Positions 17,767 to 27,722 of a stretch of 64,000 nt of DNA are shown here, one piece after another. Both the position numbers and the translations under genes were made by a program. Position 1 is the first letter of the stretch; the number at the start of each line of letters is the position of its first letter. This DNA comes from an uncultured virus (IMG/VR IMGVR_UViG_3300037313_000338) (Duplodnaviria; Heunggongvirae; Uroviricota; Caudoviricetes), in the IMG/VR virus record IMGVR_UViG_3300037313_000338; one strand, given 5' to 3'. The notes beneath the pieces were generated by a model. It did no database searches, was not told where the DNA came from, and saw nothing but the letters and a program-made list of their open reading frames with translations.

Positions 17767-18696
17767 ATGTTCAGTATGAACCCCGATCCGACGTCGTGGC
17801 TAGAACTCGCTGGCGGTGAAATCGCCTTCGACCAATACCCGGATGGATCGTTCCAATTTCGGATTACTAAATTCACTCCGAACGTTCCAGTGCAAACGGT
17901 CGCGTTGAAAAGTACGCTTCCCGCTTCACTAATTGCGTGCGCGCAAGTGATCGACGCGCTTAACGAAATCGGCGAACGCGTTGTGTTGTCCATCCAAACG
18001 TTCCCTGACCAACGCGGCGATAAGCATACGAGGCAGGGCGACAGCCTGCCTGTTCGGGTCACGGCGGCTATGATCGCGGCTATGGAGCCTTACGCAATCG
18101 TCGTGCACGACTTGCACAGCACCGAGGCTATGCAATGGTTGTCGAACAACGGGCTGGACGGCGATCTTGTTAAGCACGTTAGTAACTTGGACTGTTTCAA
18201 GCAGTGCGAGAACGCTCCACCGGTTGTGGCTAATAGTTACGTGGTAGCTGTGGATAAAGGCGCGGTAGGGCGCGCCAGTGCGTTCGCTGACGCCTACGGC
18301 TGCAAGCTTATCGTTATGGATAAGAAGCGAGACGCGGACGGCAGGATCATCGGTCACGAGATTAGCTCGATCCAAGGCGATGCGATTGTCCCCGGATCGC
18401 AGGTGTGGGTTGTGGACGATCTATGCGACGGGGGCGCGACATTTATTAGCGTCTCACAGACTATTGCAGAACTCGGTGCGAGTGTGAGCCGTTATCATCT
18501 GTACGTCACGCACGGCCTATTTAGTAAAGGCCGAAGTGAGTTGCTCGCGCACTACGATACCGTCAATTGCCTGTTTGCTTACGACGAGTGGCACAGGCCA
18601 GAAACGACCGAAGAACAAAAGGCACGTGTCGGAACTAGCGACGTGTTGGCCTCATTCATCGGCGCTGACGAAGCTGCTAAAGTCCGCAGCGCCTAG
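17767..18696 (+). CDS. ribose-phosphate pyrophosphokinase-like protein (Adps-like)
   Basis: YPDG, DQRGDK, DLHS, AVDKGA, K.RD, VVDDLCDGGATF PRPP-binding loop, VTHGLFSKG. Confidence 0.85.
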   Translation: MFSMNPDPTSWLELAGGEIAFDQYPDGSFQFRITKFTPNVPVQTVALKSTLPASLIACAQVIDALNEIGERVVLSIQTFPDQRGDKHTRQGDSLPVRVTAAMIAAMEPYAIVVHDLHSTEAMQWLSNNGLDGDLVKHVSNLDCFKQCENAPPVVANSYVVAVDKGAVGRASAFADAYGCKLIVMDKKRDADGRIIGHEISSIQGDAIVPGSQVWVVDDLCDGGATFISVSQTIAELGASVSRYHLYVTHGLFSKGRSELLAHYDTVNCLFAYDEWHRPETTEEQKARVGTSDVLASFIGADEAAKVRSA

Positions 18697-18697
18697 T

Positions 18698-18874
18698 ATG
18701 TGGTATTTAGTAATAGTTTTTACCGTAGTAGGTAGTGGAGGCCGCAGCGGAATTGTGTTGTCGGATTATTCTAGTCCGGAACATTGTCAACGGGCGGCGG
18801 ATATAGCTAAACGTCAACCCGGCACATTCACGGCCTACTGCCTTCCACGAAACATCGTCGTCAAAGGGAATTAA
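18698..18874 (+). CDS. small exported protein
   Basis: MWYLVIVF hydrophobic start, two Cys; fills the gap between the two enzyme genes. Confidence 0.5.
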   Translation: MWYLVIVFTVVGSGGRSGIVLSDYSSPEHCQRAADIAKRQPGTFTAYCLPRNIVVKGN

Positions 18875-18879
18875 TAAGT

Positions 18880-20565
18880 ATGTACGCTCGCTATAAGAAC
18901 CAACTTCTGAATCAAACCTACTTCACCCCGGCTATCCTGCTGACGGATAGTTATAAACTCTCGCACCGGGATATGTATGCGGAGGGGATGGAGGTTCTGT
19001 TCTCGACGTGGACGCCGCGTAGCGACAAGATCGCGCTGATGGCGGAACGCCAACTGCCGCTGCAAAAGAGTGAAGTGGTGTTTTTCGGTCTGAGCATGGC
19101 TATTACTAAACTCTGTCGCGAGTTCAATGCATGGTTTGCTCGGGACACCGATGAAGCTACTAACGAATACACCGTGTTCGTGAAGCGCTTCCTGAAGCAA
19201 GACGTGACCGGCGATCACATTCGCGAACTGCACGAGTATGGTTCGCTCCCGCTGATCATCTACGCACTGCCGGAAGGTACGGTTACGAAGCCGGGCGTTT
19301 GCCAAATGGTCATTTTTAACAAAGAAGGTGAAAAGTTCGCTTGGCTTACTAACTACGTCGAAAGCCTCCTGTCCGATCTGTTGTGGAAGATGCCGACTTC
19401 GGCGACTATCGCGCGCAATTATTACACGCTAGCTTATCACTTCGCCGAACTGACGTGCGATCCAGTGAACGGTGAGTACCCGCATTTGAATTGGCAGATG
19501 CATGACTTCTCGTTCCGTGGCATGTCCTGTCCTGAGGACGCGGAATCGTCGGCGCTGGGTCACCTGTTGTTCTTCGGTGGCACGGATACTATTCCGGCGC
19601 TGTTTGCCGCCGAAGCCGTTTACAGCGACTTTGACATGGGTGACTACGGTAGCGTTCCCGCCAGCGAACACAGCGTTGGTTGTTCCACGCAGGCCGCTAT
19701 CTTGCAGGGGTTAACTGCTGACGGAGTTTATAAGGACAAGACGGCGCAGCAATGGCTCGACTCGTTTGACGATTTCAAAGAGGGCGTGCCATTAAATATC
19801 AAACAGATTGCCGAGCTTATTAGTATCTCGGAAGTGCTCGACAAATACCCCGATGGGATTCTGTCGTGGGTTTCGGACACGTGGGATTTCTGGTTCGTCC
19901 TGACGCAATTGCTACCGCGTCTGAAGACGAAGATCATGGCGCGTAATGGTAAGTTGGTTATTCGTCCCGATTCCGGTGATCCGGTGAAGATTATTAACGG
20001 TGATCCTGAAGCGCCGTTTGACACTCCGGCTTATTGGGGCGCTATCCGACTGCTGGGACGTACCTTCGGTACAACGGTTAACCGTAAGGGTTTCCGTGAA
20101 CTGGATTCGCACATCGGCCTGATCTACGGCGACAGCATTACGCTGACGCGCGCCGAAGCTATCTTCCGTGGGCTGGCCCGCAATGAGTACGCTTCTAGTA
20201 ACGTCGTGTTGGGTATCGGTAGCTACACCTATCAAGCGACTACGCGTGACGTGTTTGGCTACGCGATGAAGGCCACGGCTATGACCTTCGACGGCGTGGA
20301 AATCCCGCTGTTCAAGGACCCTGTTACTGACGACGGTACGAAGAAATCGTTCAAGGGTTTCCTGACCACGCGTCTGATCGATGGCGAGTACAAGACCATC
20401 GACGGGTTGAGTTTCGAAGAGGCACGTGATCTTAATAACAGTGCGTTCGTGCAATATCCGTTGGATGTGCAAGCGCTGACGCTGGCTGGCCTCAATCACT
20501 GGCCGACGATCCAAGCACGACTACGAGCGGGTGTGGTCGGCTATCAACTGAAGCAAGCAGCCTAA
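18880..20565 (+). CDS. nicotinamide phosphoribosyltransferase-like protein (NadV/Namat-like)
   Basis: LLTDSYK.SH, HDFSFRG, GTDT, PASEHS, VSDTWD, IRPDSGDP, IYGDSIT, GIGS, KDP.TD.G.KKS.KG. Confidence 0.92.
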   Translation: MYARYKNQLLNQTYFTPAILLTDSYKLSHRDMYAEGMEVLFSTWTPRSDKIALMAERQLPLQKSEVVFFGLSMAITKLCREFNAWFARDTDEATNEYTVFVKRFLKQDVTGDHIRELHEYGSLPLIIYALPEGTVTKPGVCQMVIFNKEGEKFAWLTNYVESLLSDLLWKMPTSATIARNYYTLAYHFAELTCDPVNGEYPHLNWQMHDFSFRGMSCPEDAESSALGHLLFFGGTDTIPALFAAEAVYSDFDMGDYGSVPASEHSVGCSTQAAILQGLTADGVYKDKTAQQWLDSFDDFKEGVPLNIKQIAELISISEVLDKYPDGILSWVSDTWDFWFVLTQLLPRLKTKIMARNGKLVIRPDSGDPVKIINGDPEAPFDTPAYWGAIRLLGRTFGTTVNRKGFRELDSHIGLIYGDSITLTRAEAIFRGLARNEYASSNVVLGIGSYTYQATTRDVFGYAMKATAMTFDGVEIPLFKDPVTDDGTKKSFKGFLTTRLIDGEYKTIDGLSFEEARDLNNSAFVQYPLDVQALTLAGLNHWPTIQARLRAGVVGYQLKQAA

Positions 20566-20619
20566 ACGACAGGGGAGGGGTTTATCCCTCCCCTCACTTC
20601 CATTTAAGGGGTTAGTATA

Positions 20620-20823
20620 ATGATGAAGGTTGTGGCCGCCGCCGCTCTGTCGGCGCTAGGTTCGGTAGGAATTCCTTCCGCTACTGTTACTAATCACAAG
20701 CCGTTGAAATTGACTGATGCGCAACGGGCGTCAATCGAACGAAAGGAAGAAGAGCGCAAGGCGGCCGCAATCGCCAAGCGTGAGCGGCAGGCGTCTAGGC
20801 AAGCCAAAGGTATGGCGCGTTAA
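20620..20823 (+). CDS. hypothetical protein
   Basis: AAGGGG RBS; followed by a hairpin. Confidence 0.5.
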   Translation: MMKVVAAAALSALGSVGIPSATVTNHKPLKLTDAQRASIERKEEERKAAAIAKRERQASRQAKGMAR

Positions 20824-20877
20824 TAGCAATCGATAGGGCGGATTAACACTCCGCCCTCTTTCGCGTTGGGAGAGCAC

Positions 20878-21168
20878 ATGAGCGAAGAGTTGTACAACAC
20901 CGCTAGCTTTGCGGACTTGCCGCCCCCGGTCATGGATAATCGTGAAGTCAGGCTAATTATTAGCCAACCTCAAATCGATCCTAGCCTCGACGAAGCGCGG
21001 CATGAAGTGGTCGCACGCATAACCCACGACTACACGGATCAAGACGGATGGCTGACTGTGCTGCGTAGGGAAATAGAAGCGGGCAACTCGGTGCTAGTTA
21101 GTATCGTATCTCCTGACTTGCTCGAAGAAGATTTCGATTTTCGTGTTGTAGGAGGAACCGTATGCTAA
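20878..21168 (+). CDS. hypothetical acidic protein
   Basis: GGAG RBS and ATG. Confidence 0.55.
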   Translation: MSEELYNTASFADLPPPVMDNREVRLIISQPQIDPSLDEARHEVVARITHDYTDQDGWLTVLRREIEAGNSVLVSIVSPDLLEEDFDFRVVGGTVC

Positions 21169-21566
21169 ACGATCATATGAGGGACGCGATTGCTCGCGTT
21201 ACCGCTAGTTATCTAGCGTCGCGTGTTCAAGTGGACAACGCAGACGTCGGGGAAGTTACTTCGCGTGTGGTGCAGGGCTTTATGTCTGTCGCCGCTCCGA
21301 AACCTGCCCCGGTTGAGGCAATGGCTTTTATCCGGCGACCGCCGCGCCATCGCGGGCCTATCGGTCCTCGTAAGCCTAAAGTTGAAGCCAACGCTTTCCC
21401 TCCGGAACTGGAAGTTATTAGGCTACCAATCGCGCAGCCTAGTGAAGATGAAAAATCTTGGGTAGGAAACTCAGTATCAGCTGAAGTGATTACGAAAGAA
21501 GGTTCCGGCGCTCAAGCGACACCCACGGTACCCGGAATCGTCACTGGCTGGCATCCAATCGTCTAG
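21162..21566 (+). CDS. protein with Ros/MucR-like N-terminal domain lacking the zinc finger
   Basis: IARVTASYLASRVQVDNADVGEVTSRVVQGFMSVAAP.PAP resembles the MucR N-terminus (LTAxIVSAYVSxNxV...LPxLIxxVHxAL); AGGAGG RBS. Confidence 0.5.
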   Translation: MLNDHMRDAIARVTASYLASRVQVDNADVGEVTSRVVQGFMSVAAPKPAPVEAMAFIRRPPRHRGPIGPRKPKVEANAFPPELEVIRLPIAQPSEDEKSWVGNSVSAEVITKEGSGAQATPTVPGIVTGWHPIV

Positions 21567-21672
21567 CTAATTTGAACGAACCTCCTAGGAATAAGCCTAG
21601 GAGGTTTTCATCAACGCTCATCTGTAGGAGCTTAAATCGGGCGTGGCAACCCGATTAATAAAAGGAAACCAC

Positions 21673-22329
21673 ATGATAGACGCAATCATCGAGCGTCTTA
21701 ATGACAGCATGCGTTTCATGACGTACGCTGCATTAGGGGTTGCATTTGGATACGTAGTTCACGCGTCCAATGTGACAGCGCAAGAGTTGACGCCTGCCAC
21801 TGTGCAAAATGGTGTATCACTCTACCCTGCGGCTCCGCCGCTTACTATCGACGCAATCTTAGACGAGGTTGAGTCGAAACCTAAAGGACCTTCACTAACT
21901 AAGAAGGAACGTGCGCAACTTCCACCTACGCCGTCAGTTGCCTGGAAGGCCAGATACGGACAGTACGTGTTGGAAGCTGCACGCAATAATAACCTGCCTC
22001 CCAATTTGGTTATGGCGGTTATAGCGATTGAGACGGGCTACAACGCCAACGCACGCAACGGGCCTTCGATAGGCATCATGCAAATTCAGCATCGAACAGC
22101 GCGCGGTTTTGGCTTGGAACGTTCTCTCGGCCCTCAAGCACTCTTCAACCCGGTTATTAATATACGAGTTGCGACCAACTATTTGGGTGCAGCCTACAAG
22201 TTGGCTGGCGGCAACATGTGCCGAACGGTTAGTTTGTATAACCGGGGATTAGGGTCACGCGGTATCAGCACGGATTACTGCGCTAAGCTAAGGCGCGTCA
22301 TGCGATACGCGGACTACCACATCGAATAA
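21673..22329 (+). CDS. lytic transglycosylase (SLT domain) with N-terminal signal/anchor
   Basis: LVMAVIAIETGYN.NA, GIMQI...TA, LFNPVINI..ATNYL, YNRG. Confidence 0.9.
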   Translation: MIDAIIERLNDSMRFMTYAALGVAFGYVVHASNVTAQELTPATVQNGVSLYPAAPPLTIDAILDEVESKPKGPSLTKKERAQLPPTPSVAWKARYGQYVLEAARNNNLPPNLVMAVIAIETGYNANARNGPSIGIMQIQHRTARGFGLERSLGPQALFNPVINIRVATNYLGAAYKLAGGNMCRTVSLYNRGLGSRGISTDYCAKLRRVMRYADYHIE

Positions 22330-22404
22330 TTTACATTCGAACCGAGGCCTTCATCGCATGCCAAGCGGTGGAGGCCTTTTTCGTATCTATAGAAGGCTAA
22401 TAAC

Positions 22405-23157
22405 ATGAGTGAAAAGACGAACGTCGAGATCGCTAACGCGAAGCACCACGCATCTGATCCTAACCAAATCGAAGCCATCGATTCGTTCCGGGGCATTCAG
22501 TCCAACCTAGCCAACGCCTATCGATATATTAATAGGCTAGGTCTGAAGGGCGGTGAGAACACAGTGTCGCGCGATGCCGGGGCAGCGATGTGGTATTGCT
22601 ATGACGTCCTGGCGTGGTTCCACGAACAGAATGACGGCGACTTCGTAATGGACGTGGAGTTCTACAGCGAATTCGATGTTAAACGTTATTATAAGGCACT
22701 GTGGACCTACGCTCGTGAATGCGAAACCGATTTCGAATTGGTCTTTGCACGAGACGGTCGCAAACGTACCGTGCTCGCCGCCCTGCATCGTGCAATTAAT
22801 AAAGACAAGGCTTTGGCGGAAATCGGTTGTAGCGAAGAGGCGTATCGCGAACACGTGCGCGAAATGTTTATCGCTGCTGTTATTGCCATCGCTTACGCGT
22901 CTGACGAACGCAAGTACGATGCCTATTTAGCTTCGTTGCATCCTAACGCGAAGAGGGCTTCGCGAGAACACGCGTTGCACAATTCTCCTCCGCCGCGCGT
23001 GCGTGACGTCTACAAGGATACGCGGTCGTTCAAACCGGACGAGGCTACTGTTAGTAAAGTCGACACGATGTTCGATATGCTGACTAAAGCCGGTATCCAT
23101 CATTTCGCCGGAGAATGCGAATGGGATGAAGCGCCTTGGGGTTTGAGTGAAATTTGA
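22405..23157 (+). CDS. hypothetical protein
   Basis: 250-aa ORF with GAAGG RBS. Confidence 0.7.
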   Translation: MSEKTNVEIANAKHHASDPNQIEAIDSFRGIQSNLANAYRYINRLGLKGGENTVSRDAGAAMWYCYDVLAWFHEQNDGDFVMDVEFYSEFDVKRYYKALWTYARECETDFELVFARDGRKRTVLAALHRAINKDKALAEIGCSEEAYREHVREMFIAAVIAIAYASDERKYDAYLASLHPNAKRASREHALHNSPPPRVRDVYKDTRSFKPDEATVSKVDTMFDMLTKAGIHHFAGECEWDEAPWGLSEI

Positions 23158-23201
23158 TTTAACGGAACGAATCGGCTACCCTATTGGTAGGAGGACCACG
23201 A

Positions 23202-23492
23202 ATGAACTTCCTTGAGTGGATGGGTATATTCGCGTGCAGCCTATTAGTAATAGGGGCAGGCGTGTTGGCATGTAGCCTAGCGCGACTGATTGGTTATGGG
23301 TTCTATCAATGGCTTCGAGCCCGCAACGTCGCCAAACGACGTGGCCTAGGCTACCAGTATCCGTTTATGGCTAATGTGGCTGCAATTATTACGTTAAGCT
23401 TGAACGGATACGATCTGGAAATCGACAACGCGATCATCGTGCCGTACGATTGTCGCAAGAAACTTAGGAAAGTGCGTTACCCGTTCGCATAG
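23202..23492 (+). CDS. hypothetical membrane protein
   Basis: AGGAGG RBS; hydrophobic N-terminus. Confidence 0.55.
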   Translation: MNFLEWMGIFACSLLVIGAGVLACSLARLIGYGFYQWLRARNVAKRRGLGYQYPFMANVAAIITLSLNGYDLEIDNAIIVPYDCRKKLRKVRYPFA

Positions 23493-23836
23493 AAGCGGGA
23501 GTGCACATCGAGAAAGGGTGTTATTAATGTGGAGCAACGTAAACGTGGAAACGTAATCCGATATGGACGAGGCCTCAACAGCTTCTCCGTACGTGCTAGA
23601 CCAACGGCAAATATTAACGCGCCAATTGGGCACGCGCATTTCGCCGCCGACAATCCACACCGATATCGGGTGCAAGGTATGATCGCGGGTGAATTCCAAG
23701 TGATTGACCGCAACACCAGTCAACCGGTAGCGACGCAACTAGCTACCCGCGACGAAGCGCACGAATGGATTGCGGACAAAGTTAAGGCTTAACGATTGTT
23801 TAAGGGCGGAACCGCGCGGTTCCGCCCTTGTCGTAG

Positions 23837-23916
23837 GTTAGGCCTAACTTTTACATTATAGGGGTTGACGGCTAACGATTCGGTCGTTAGGTATAGGGAC
23901 AACGGGGGTTGGCCCC
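23837..23916 (+). promoter_or_regulatory. early promoter module
   Basis: GTTAGGCCTAAC, TTGACG at 23865, CGATTCG, GGGGGTTGGCCCC. Confidence 0.7.
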
Positions 23917-23937
23917 GCCCTAGAGAGGACAGAGACA

Positions 23938-24054
23938 ATGCCTGACACAGTGATCGAAGAATTCGCCTTGGAAGGTTCGGACAATCTGGACACGACCGAC
24001 CCGCGCATCGTTGCGGCTCTGCAAGCCGCTGGACTCGTGGACGACGAATTCTAA
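23938..24054 (+). CDS. 38-aa acidic peptide (not in ORF track)
   Basis: GAGGA RBS; MPDTVIEEFALEGSDNLDTTDPRIVAALQAAGLVDDEF*; first ORF after the promoter. Confidence 0.65.
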   Translation: MPDTVIEEFALEGSDNLDTTDPRIVAALQAAGLVDDEF

Positions 24055-24056
24055 GC

Positions 24057-24110
24057 AAGGCTCCGGCCTAAGAGGCGGTTCATCCCCGACGCCTCTTACA
24101 TCGGAATCTT
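24057..24110 (+). repeat. intergenic hairpin repeat, copy 2 of 6
   Basis: AAGGCTCCG..TAAGAGGCG-loop-CGCCTCTTA..CGGAATCTT. Confidence 0.75.
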
Positions 24111-24129
24111 CAACCGAAAGGTTACTAAC

Positions 24130-24606
24130 GTGACTAAGATCGACAAGCGTCTTCAATCCCTAGAAGACCAAATTCGCGAACGCAGCAAGCCGACCGTCGC
24201 GAATTTGGTGCGGGACGTAAATGAGCGCCCTGGCTATCACACCGTGTATTGGCACAAGGCGGTTATTGCCTACTTGCGCACGCGCAACCCGGAAGTGTTC
24301 GAATGGCGGGCGGTGCAAAAGGCCGCGCTGAAAGAGGGACTGCTTCGTCGCGACGTGATCGGCAAGCTCTGGCCTGCTACCGGCCCATTTCCGAAACCGT
24401 TCGAATATACTAACTTGTTTCTTCGCGAATGGGCGCGTCCGGCAATCGCGTTCGTGCTTTTCGTGGTTTGCTTCTCCGTTACGGCCTACGGCGGCGCAGA
24501 ACTGATCGAACGTTTCGGTTGGATAGGTCATGTTTGGCGCGCGATTGGCTTGGGTGTTACCCTGGTAACCGCAGGCATCTTCTGGCGCGCGATGGACGAA
24601 CGCTAA
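24130..24606 (+). CDS. hypothetical protein with two C-terminal TM segments
   Basis: GTG after AAAGG. Confidence 0.6.
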   Translation: MTKIDKRLQSLEDQIRERSKPTVANLVRDVNERPGYHTVYWHKAVIAYLRTRNPEVFEWRAVQKAALKEGLLRRDVIGKLWPATGPFPKPFEYTNLFLREWARPAIAFVLFVVCFSVTAYGGAELIERFGWIGHVWRAIGLGVTLVTAGIFWRAMDER

Positions 24607-24627
24607 CCCACTATCGTTCGTTTAGAT

Positions 24628-24678
24628 AAGGCTCTAGCCGGGTAGGTGGAATGCCAACACCTACCCCATTAGACTATT
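24628..24678 (+). repeat. intergenic hairpin repeat, copy 3 of 6
   Basis: AAGGCTCTA..GGGTAGGTG-GAATGCCAA-CACCTACCC..TAGACTATT followed by GGAGG. Confidence 0.75.
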
Positions 24679-25085
24679 GGAGGGTTAATAACGTGGCACT
24701 CATGAACGCACGAACCTTCGCGGAAGGTCAGGCGATTCTGGTTGAGCTTGGGTATACCAAGTGCGAGCCGCAGCACGTGCAAGAGCAAAAGACGCACGCT
24801 TGCTATCGCAAGATTAGTGAGCACGGCGATAGTCACGTGTGCGTGTGCAAGCGTGGCTCGCGAATCGAATTGGTACCCGTTGGAGGGGAATGGTAATGCA
24901 ACGGATTGCTATCGCTGAATACACCGTGACGCTAGCTAATGGCAACGCGCGGTTCGATGACTTCCACGTGGCTTATTGGGCTAACGTGCGAAATCAAGGC
25001 AAGCTGACGGGTCGCAGCAAGTTGCGTCCGGTGAACAACGTGCAACGCCGAGCTATGTTCGAGCGCTATCAAAGGGGTTACTAAC

Positions 25086-25361
25086 ATGCAGATGGCTACG
25101 TTGACCGTCAAAGGTATCGGTACGGTTAATATTCATTTCAACGGAGATTACTTTCTGGACGACGGTAATAACGTCTTCCTGCAACGTCACCCCACGACGC
25201 GACAGTGGTTCCTGATGATCCGTCCCGGCCCGTGGGCGGATGCGGTGAAACTGGACGAGTACAACGCCCGCATCGCTACGGACGCGATTGACTATGGTTT
25301 CGATAGCGCGTGGCGCGAGTACCAAATTCTGATCGTGGATATCTACAACTCGGTTTATTAA
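25086..25361 (+). CDS. hypothetical protein
   Basis: AGGGG RBS and ATG. Confidence 0.55.
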   Translation: MQMATLTVKGIGTVNIHFNGDYFLDDGNNVFLQRHPTTRQWFLMIRPGPWADAVKLDEYNARIATDAIDYGFDSAWREYQILIVDIYNSVY

Positions 25362-25412
25362 AGGTTCCAGCGGAAGGGGCGGCTATACCAACGCCCTTTC
25401 TAGTGGACTCTT
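25361..25412 (+). repeat. intergenic hairpin repeat, copy 4 of 6
   Basis: AAGGTTCCA..GAAGGGGCG-GCTATACCAA-CGCCCTTTC..TGGACTCTT followed by CGGAGG. Confidence 0.75.
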
Positions 25413-26222
25413 CGGAGGCAATCATGCCGATACTAACTCGCTTAGAGCAGGACGTGTTCGGCTACGTGCAAGGTCGGACGGAATACGTCACGTCTCAGCA
25501 CAAGCTTCCAACTCGCCAAGAGTTGGAATGGAATTGGACACATGAGACGGTCGTGTTCAAGGGGTGCAGCGTGCGCCAATTACTAGCGGCGCTCGATACC
25601 CTGGTGGACTTGGGTCTAGTAATAGATCACGACGGATTTTATGGGGTTCGCAGATTGGAGGTTTTGTGATGCACGTTATGGATCGTCATACGAAGGCTTG
25701 CGCTTTTGCTCGCCAAGCAACCATCGAAAAGTTCGGTGCGGATTCCGTGCCATGTAAGCCGGGAACCGAAGCTCATAAGTTCTGGCTGTCTAAGTACGAC
25801 GAATTCATTCGGGAGAATTAGTATGGCGACGCTCAAGCAAATCGAAAAGACCATCCGCGCGTACGCAGCTGGAGACAATGGTCTGATCCTCGATGCCATT
25901 GCGGTACATCGTAACAATATTAATAACGATACGTACCGGCAGTCGATCTGCTGTGAGTACATGCGGGAAGTCGATACGACAACGCCGGATTTGGCACGTC
26001 GGGCCGAAATTCGTAAGTTAGTATTGGCTAGCCGCTAATGCCACGCCACACGACACAGGACCCGGCTATGCGCGCGTTCCATATCGCGGAGCGGGAAGCC
26101 CGCCTAAGGTACGACCGCAGCCACGAAGCGACGGATTACTTTGGCGAAACGGTAGATCGTATGCTAGAGTACGAGCACGAAATGAAAGGCGGATTACCGC
26201 CCCGCAACACAGGGATTAATAA

Positions 26223-26654
26223 ATGACCGGGATGGCTATTCCTGACTCAAAAGTGTGGGAACTTTCGAATAACTCATCGAGCATCGTCGAGACTATCCGC
26301 GCTTGCATTTGCGATGATCAAATTCGCTTAGCCGAGACGTGGTTACTAGCGTTAGAGAACGGCCCGGTGCGTGACCATACCGATCTTGACAGTGGTGTGC
26401 GTACCATTAGTTGGAGACGGCCCACGTTTGCACGTTGGATCGCTCCGCGCTATCTTAGTGATCCTGACGCCGCCGTGGCATTGGTGGTCGCGGTATCCGG
26501 AAACTTCAGCAAAGCGCTGGACGAAGACGAGATCGTTAGGCGGGCGTTGACCGCTGTTAGTTTAGGTAGTGGCTTCGGCTGGTTTTCAAATATCAATCGT
26601 CGGATCGCGCATAGGATAGTCCTAGCGTTGCTCGACAATATAAAGGGGGATTAA
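26223..26654 (+). CDS. hypothetical protein
   Basis: One of a run of coupled small ORFs spanning 25424-26915. Confidence 0.55.
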   Translation: MTGMAIPDSKVWELSNNSSSIVETIRACICDDQIRLAETWLLALENGPVRDHTDLDSGVRTISWRRPTFARWIAPRYLSDPDAAVALVVAVSGNFSKALDEDEIVRRALTAVSLGSGFGWFSNINRRIAHRIVLALLDNIKGD

Positions 26655-27035
26655 TAAATGGAAGAACGTCCTAGAGATTTTACCGCGCCGCTCATAGCGG
26701 CAAGCCTTCCGCGTGACGCACGGCAGAACACGACGATGGGACTTTCCATCGAAACGCGGTTCGTTCGTGGTCGGTGGCACGCTACCGGTTACGAGGTTGC
26801 AGAATTCAGCAACGGTCGTACTAATAACAGCGGATGGGGCCTGCTAGCGCTTTGCACCGTTACAGCCTTGGTGCTGATCGTTGCAGCGGTAGCGACGCTC
26901 GCATCGGCAGGGTAGAAGTCAGAGACGCCTAGGGCATGCCCTAGGCGTCTCTCGTTTACGCCTTGTTAAGACTTAACCGGATAAGGTGTCCGTGAAGGGC
27001 GAATGGCCCCGGACAAGAGATAAGAGGCTCACACC

Positions 27036-27143
27036 ATGGAACACCTATCAGACGGCGTGCGTTACGTGCTAACCGTGGCCGCTATCGCAATGCTCGTTGT
27101 GTGCCTAGGGATAGGATTGATATCAATCCTCCGGGGCAAGTAG
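27036..27143 (+). CDS. 35-aa single-TM peptide (not in ORF track)
   Basis: GAGG RBS; MEHLSDGVRYVLTVAAIAMLVVCLGIGLISILRGK*; followed by a terminator-like hairpin. Confidence 0.55.
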   Translation: MEHLSDGVRYVLTVAAIAMLVVCLGIGLISILRGK

Positions 27144-27203
27144 GAATAGAAACCAAAAAGGGGCCGACTTGACGGCCCCTTCGTTTATGAGGAGAATTAC
27201 TAA

Positions 27204-27668
27204 ATGACTGATCTGGAAATGATGGCGCAGTATATTTCGATTGCGGAGTCTGCTAACCAGACGTTCGTTAATCGACAGGACGCCATCAACAGCGCTCGCG
27301 AATTGAAGCGGCGTGCGAAAAAGAGTTTCGCTTATTACGGTTTGTCTCGCGACGCGTTCATCAAACTCGAAGAGACGCTAGATCGCCAAATGAGCGATAT
27401 GGACGGTCAGGGCGTGGACCCGGATACTAACACCTACGCGGCGTTTGTTGAAGCCGTCGGGCGTAAGCGGCGGGAAGTCGAAAGCACTGAACTTTCTAAT
27501 AACCAAGAAAAATTCAGCCTTCGTGAAGCGCACGACTCATTCGTGGTGGAGCACGCACAGCAATGGGACGCGCAAACGACAGGCCTACAGACGATGGTAA
27601 CGCGAGCACCTATCGTGACCGAAATGCCCAAACCCAAGCGCAAGCGCTGGTGGCAATTCTGGCGCTGA
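27204..27668 (+). CDS. hypothetical protein ending KRWWQFWR
   Basis: GAGGAG RBS; amphipathic membrane-targeting-type tail. Confidence 0.65.
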   Translation: MTDLEMMAQYISIAESANQTFVNRQDAINSARELKRRAKKSFAYYGLSRDAFIKLEETLDRQMSDMDGQGVDPDTNTYAAFVEAVGRKRREVESTELSNNQEKFSLREAHDSFVVEHAQQWDAQTTGLQTMVTRAPIVTEMPKPKRKRWWQFWR

Positions 27669-27722
27669 TTTGACACACGAAGAGCCCGGTCATTATAATG
27701 ACCGGGCTTTTGCATGTAGGGG

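Noticed and set aside
24651..24701. ORF-track starts inside hairpin repeats (24651, 31835, 32496, 25310)
   Set aside because: These starts fall within or before the hairpin; SD-supported starts lie just downstream (24693/24702, 31880, 32547, 25424).
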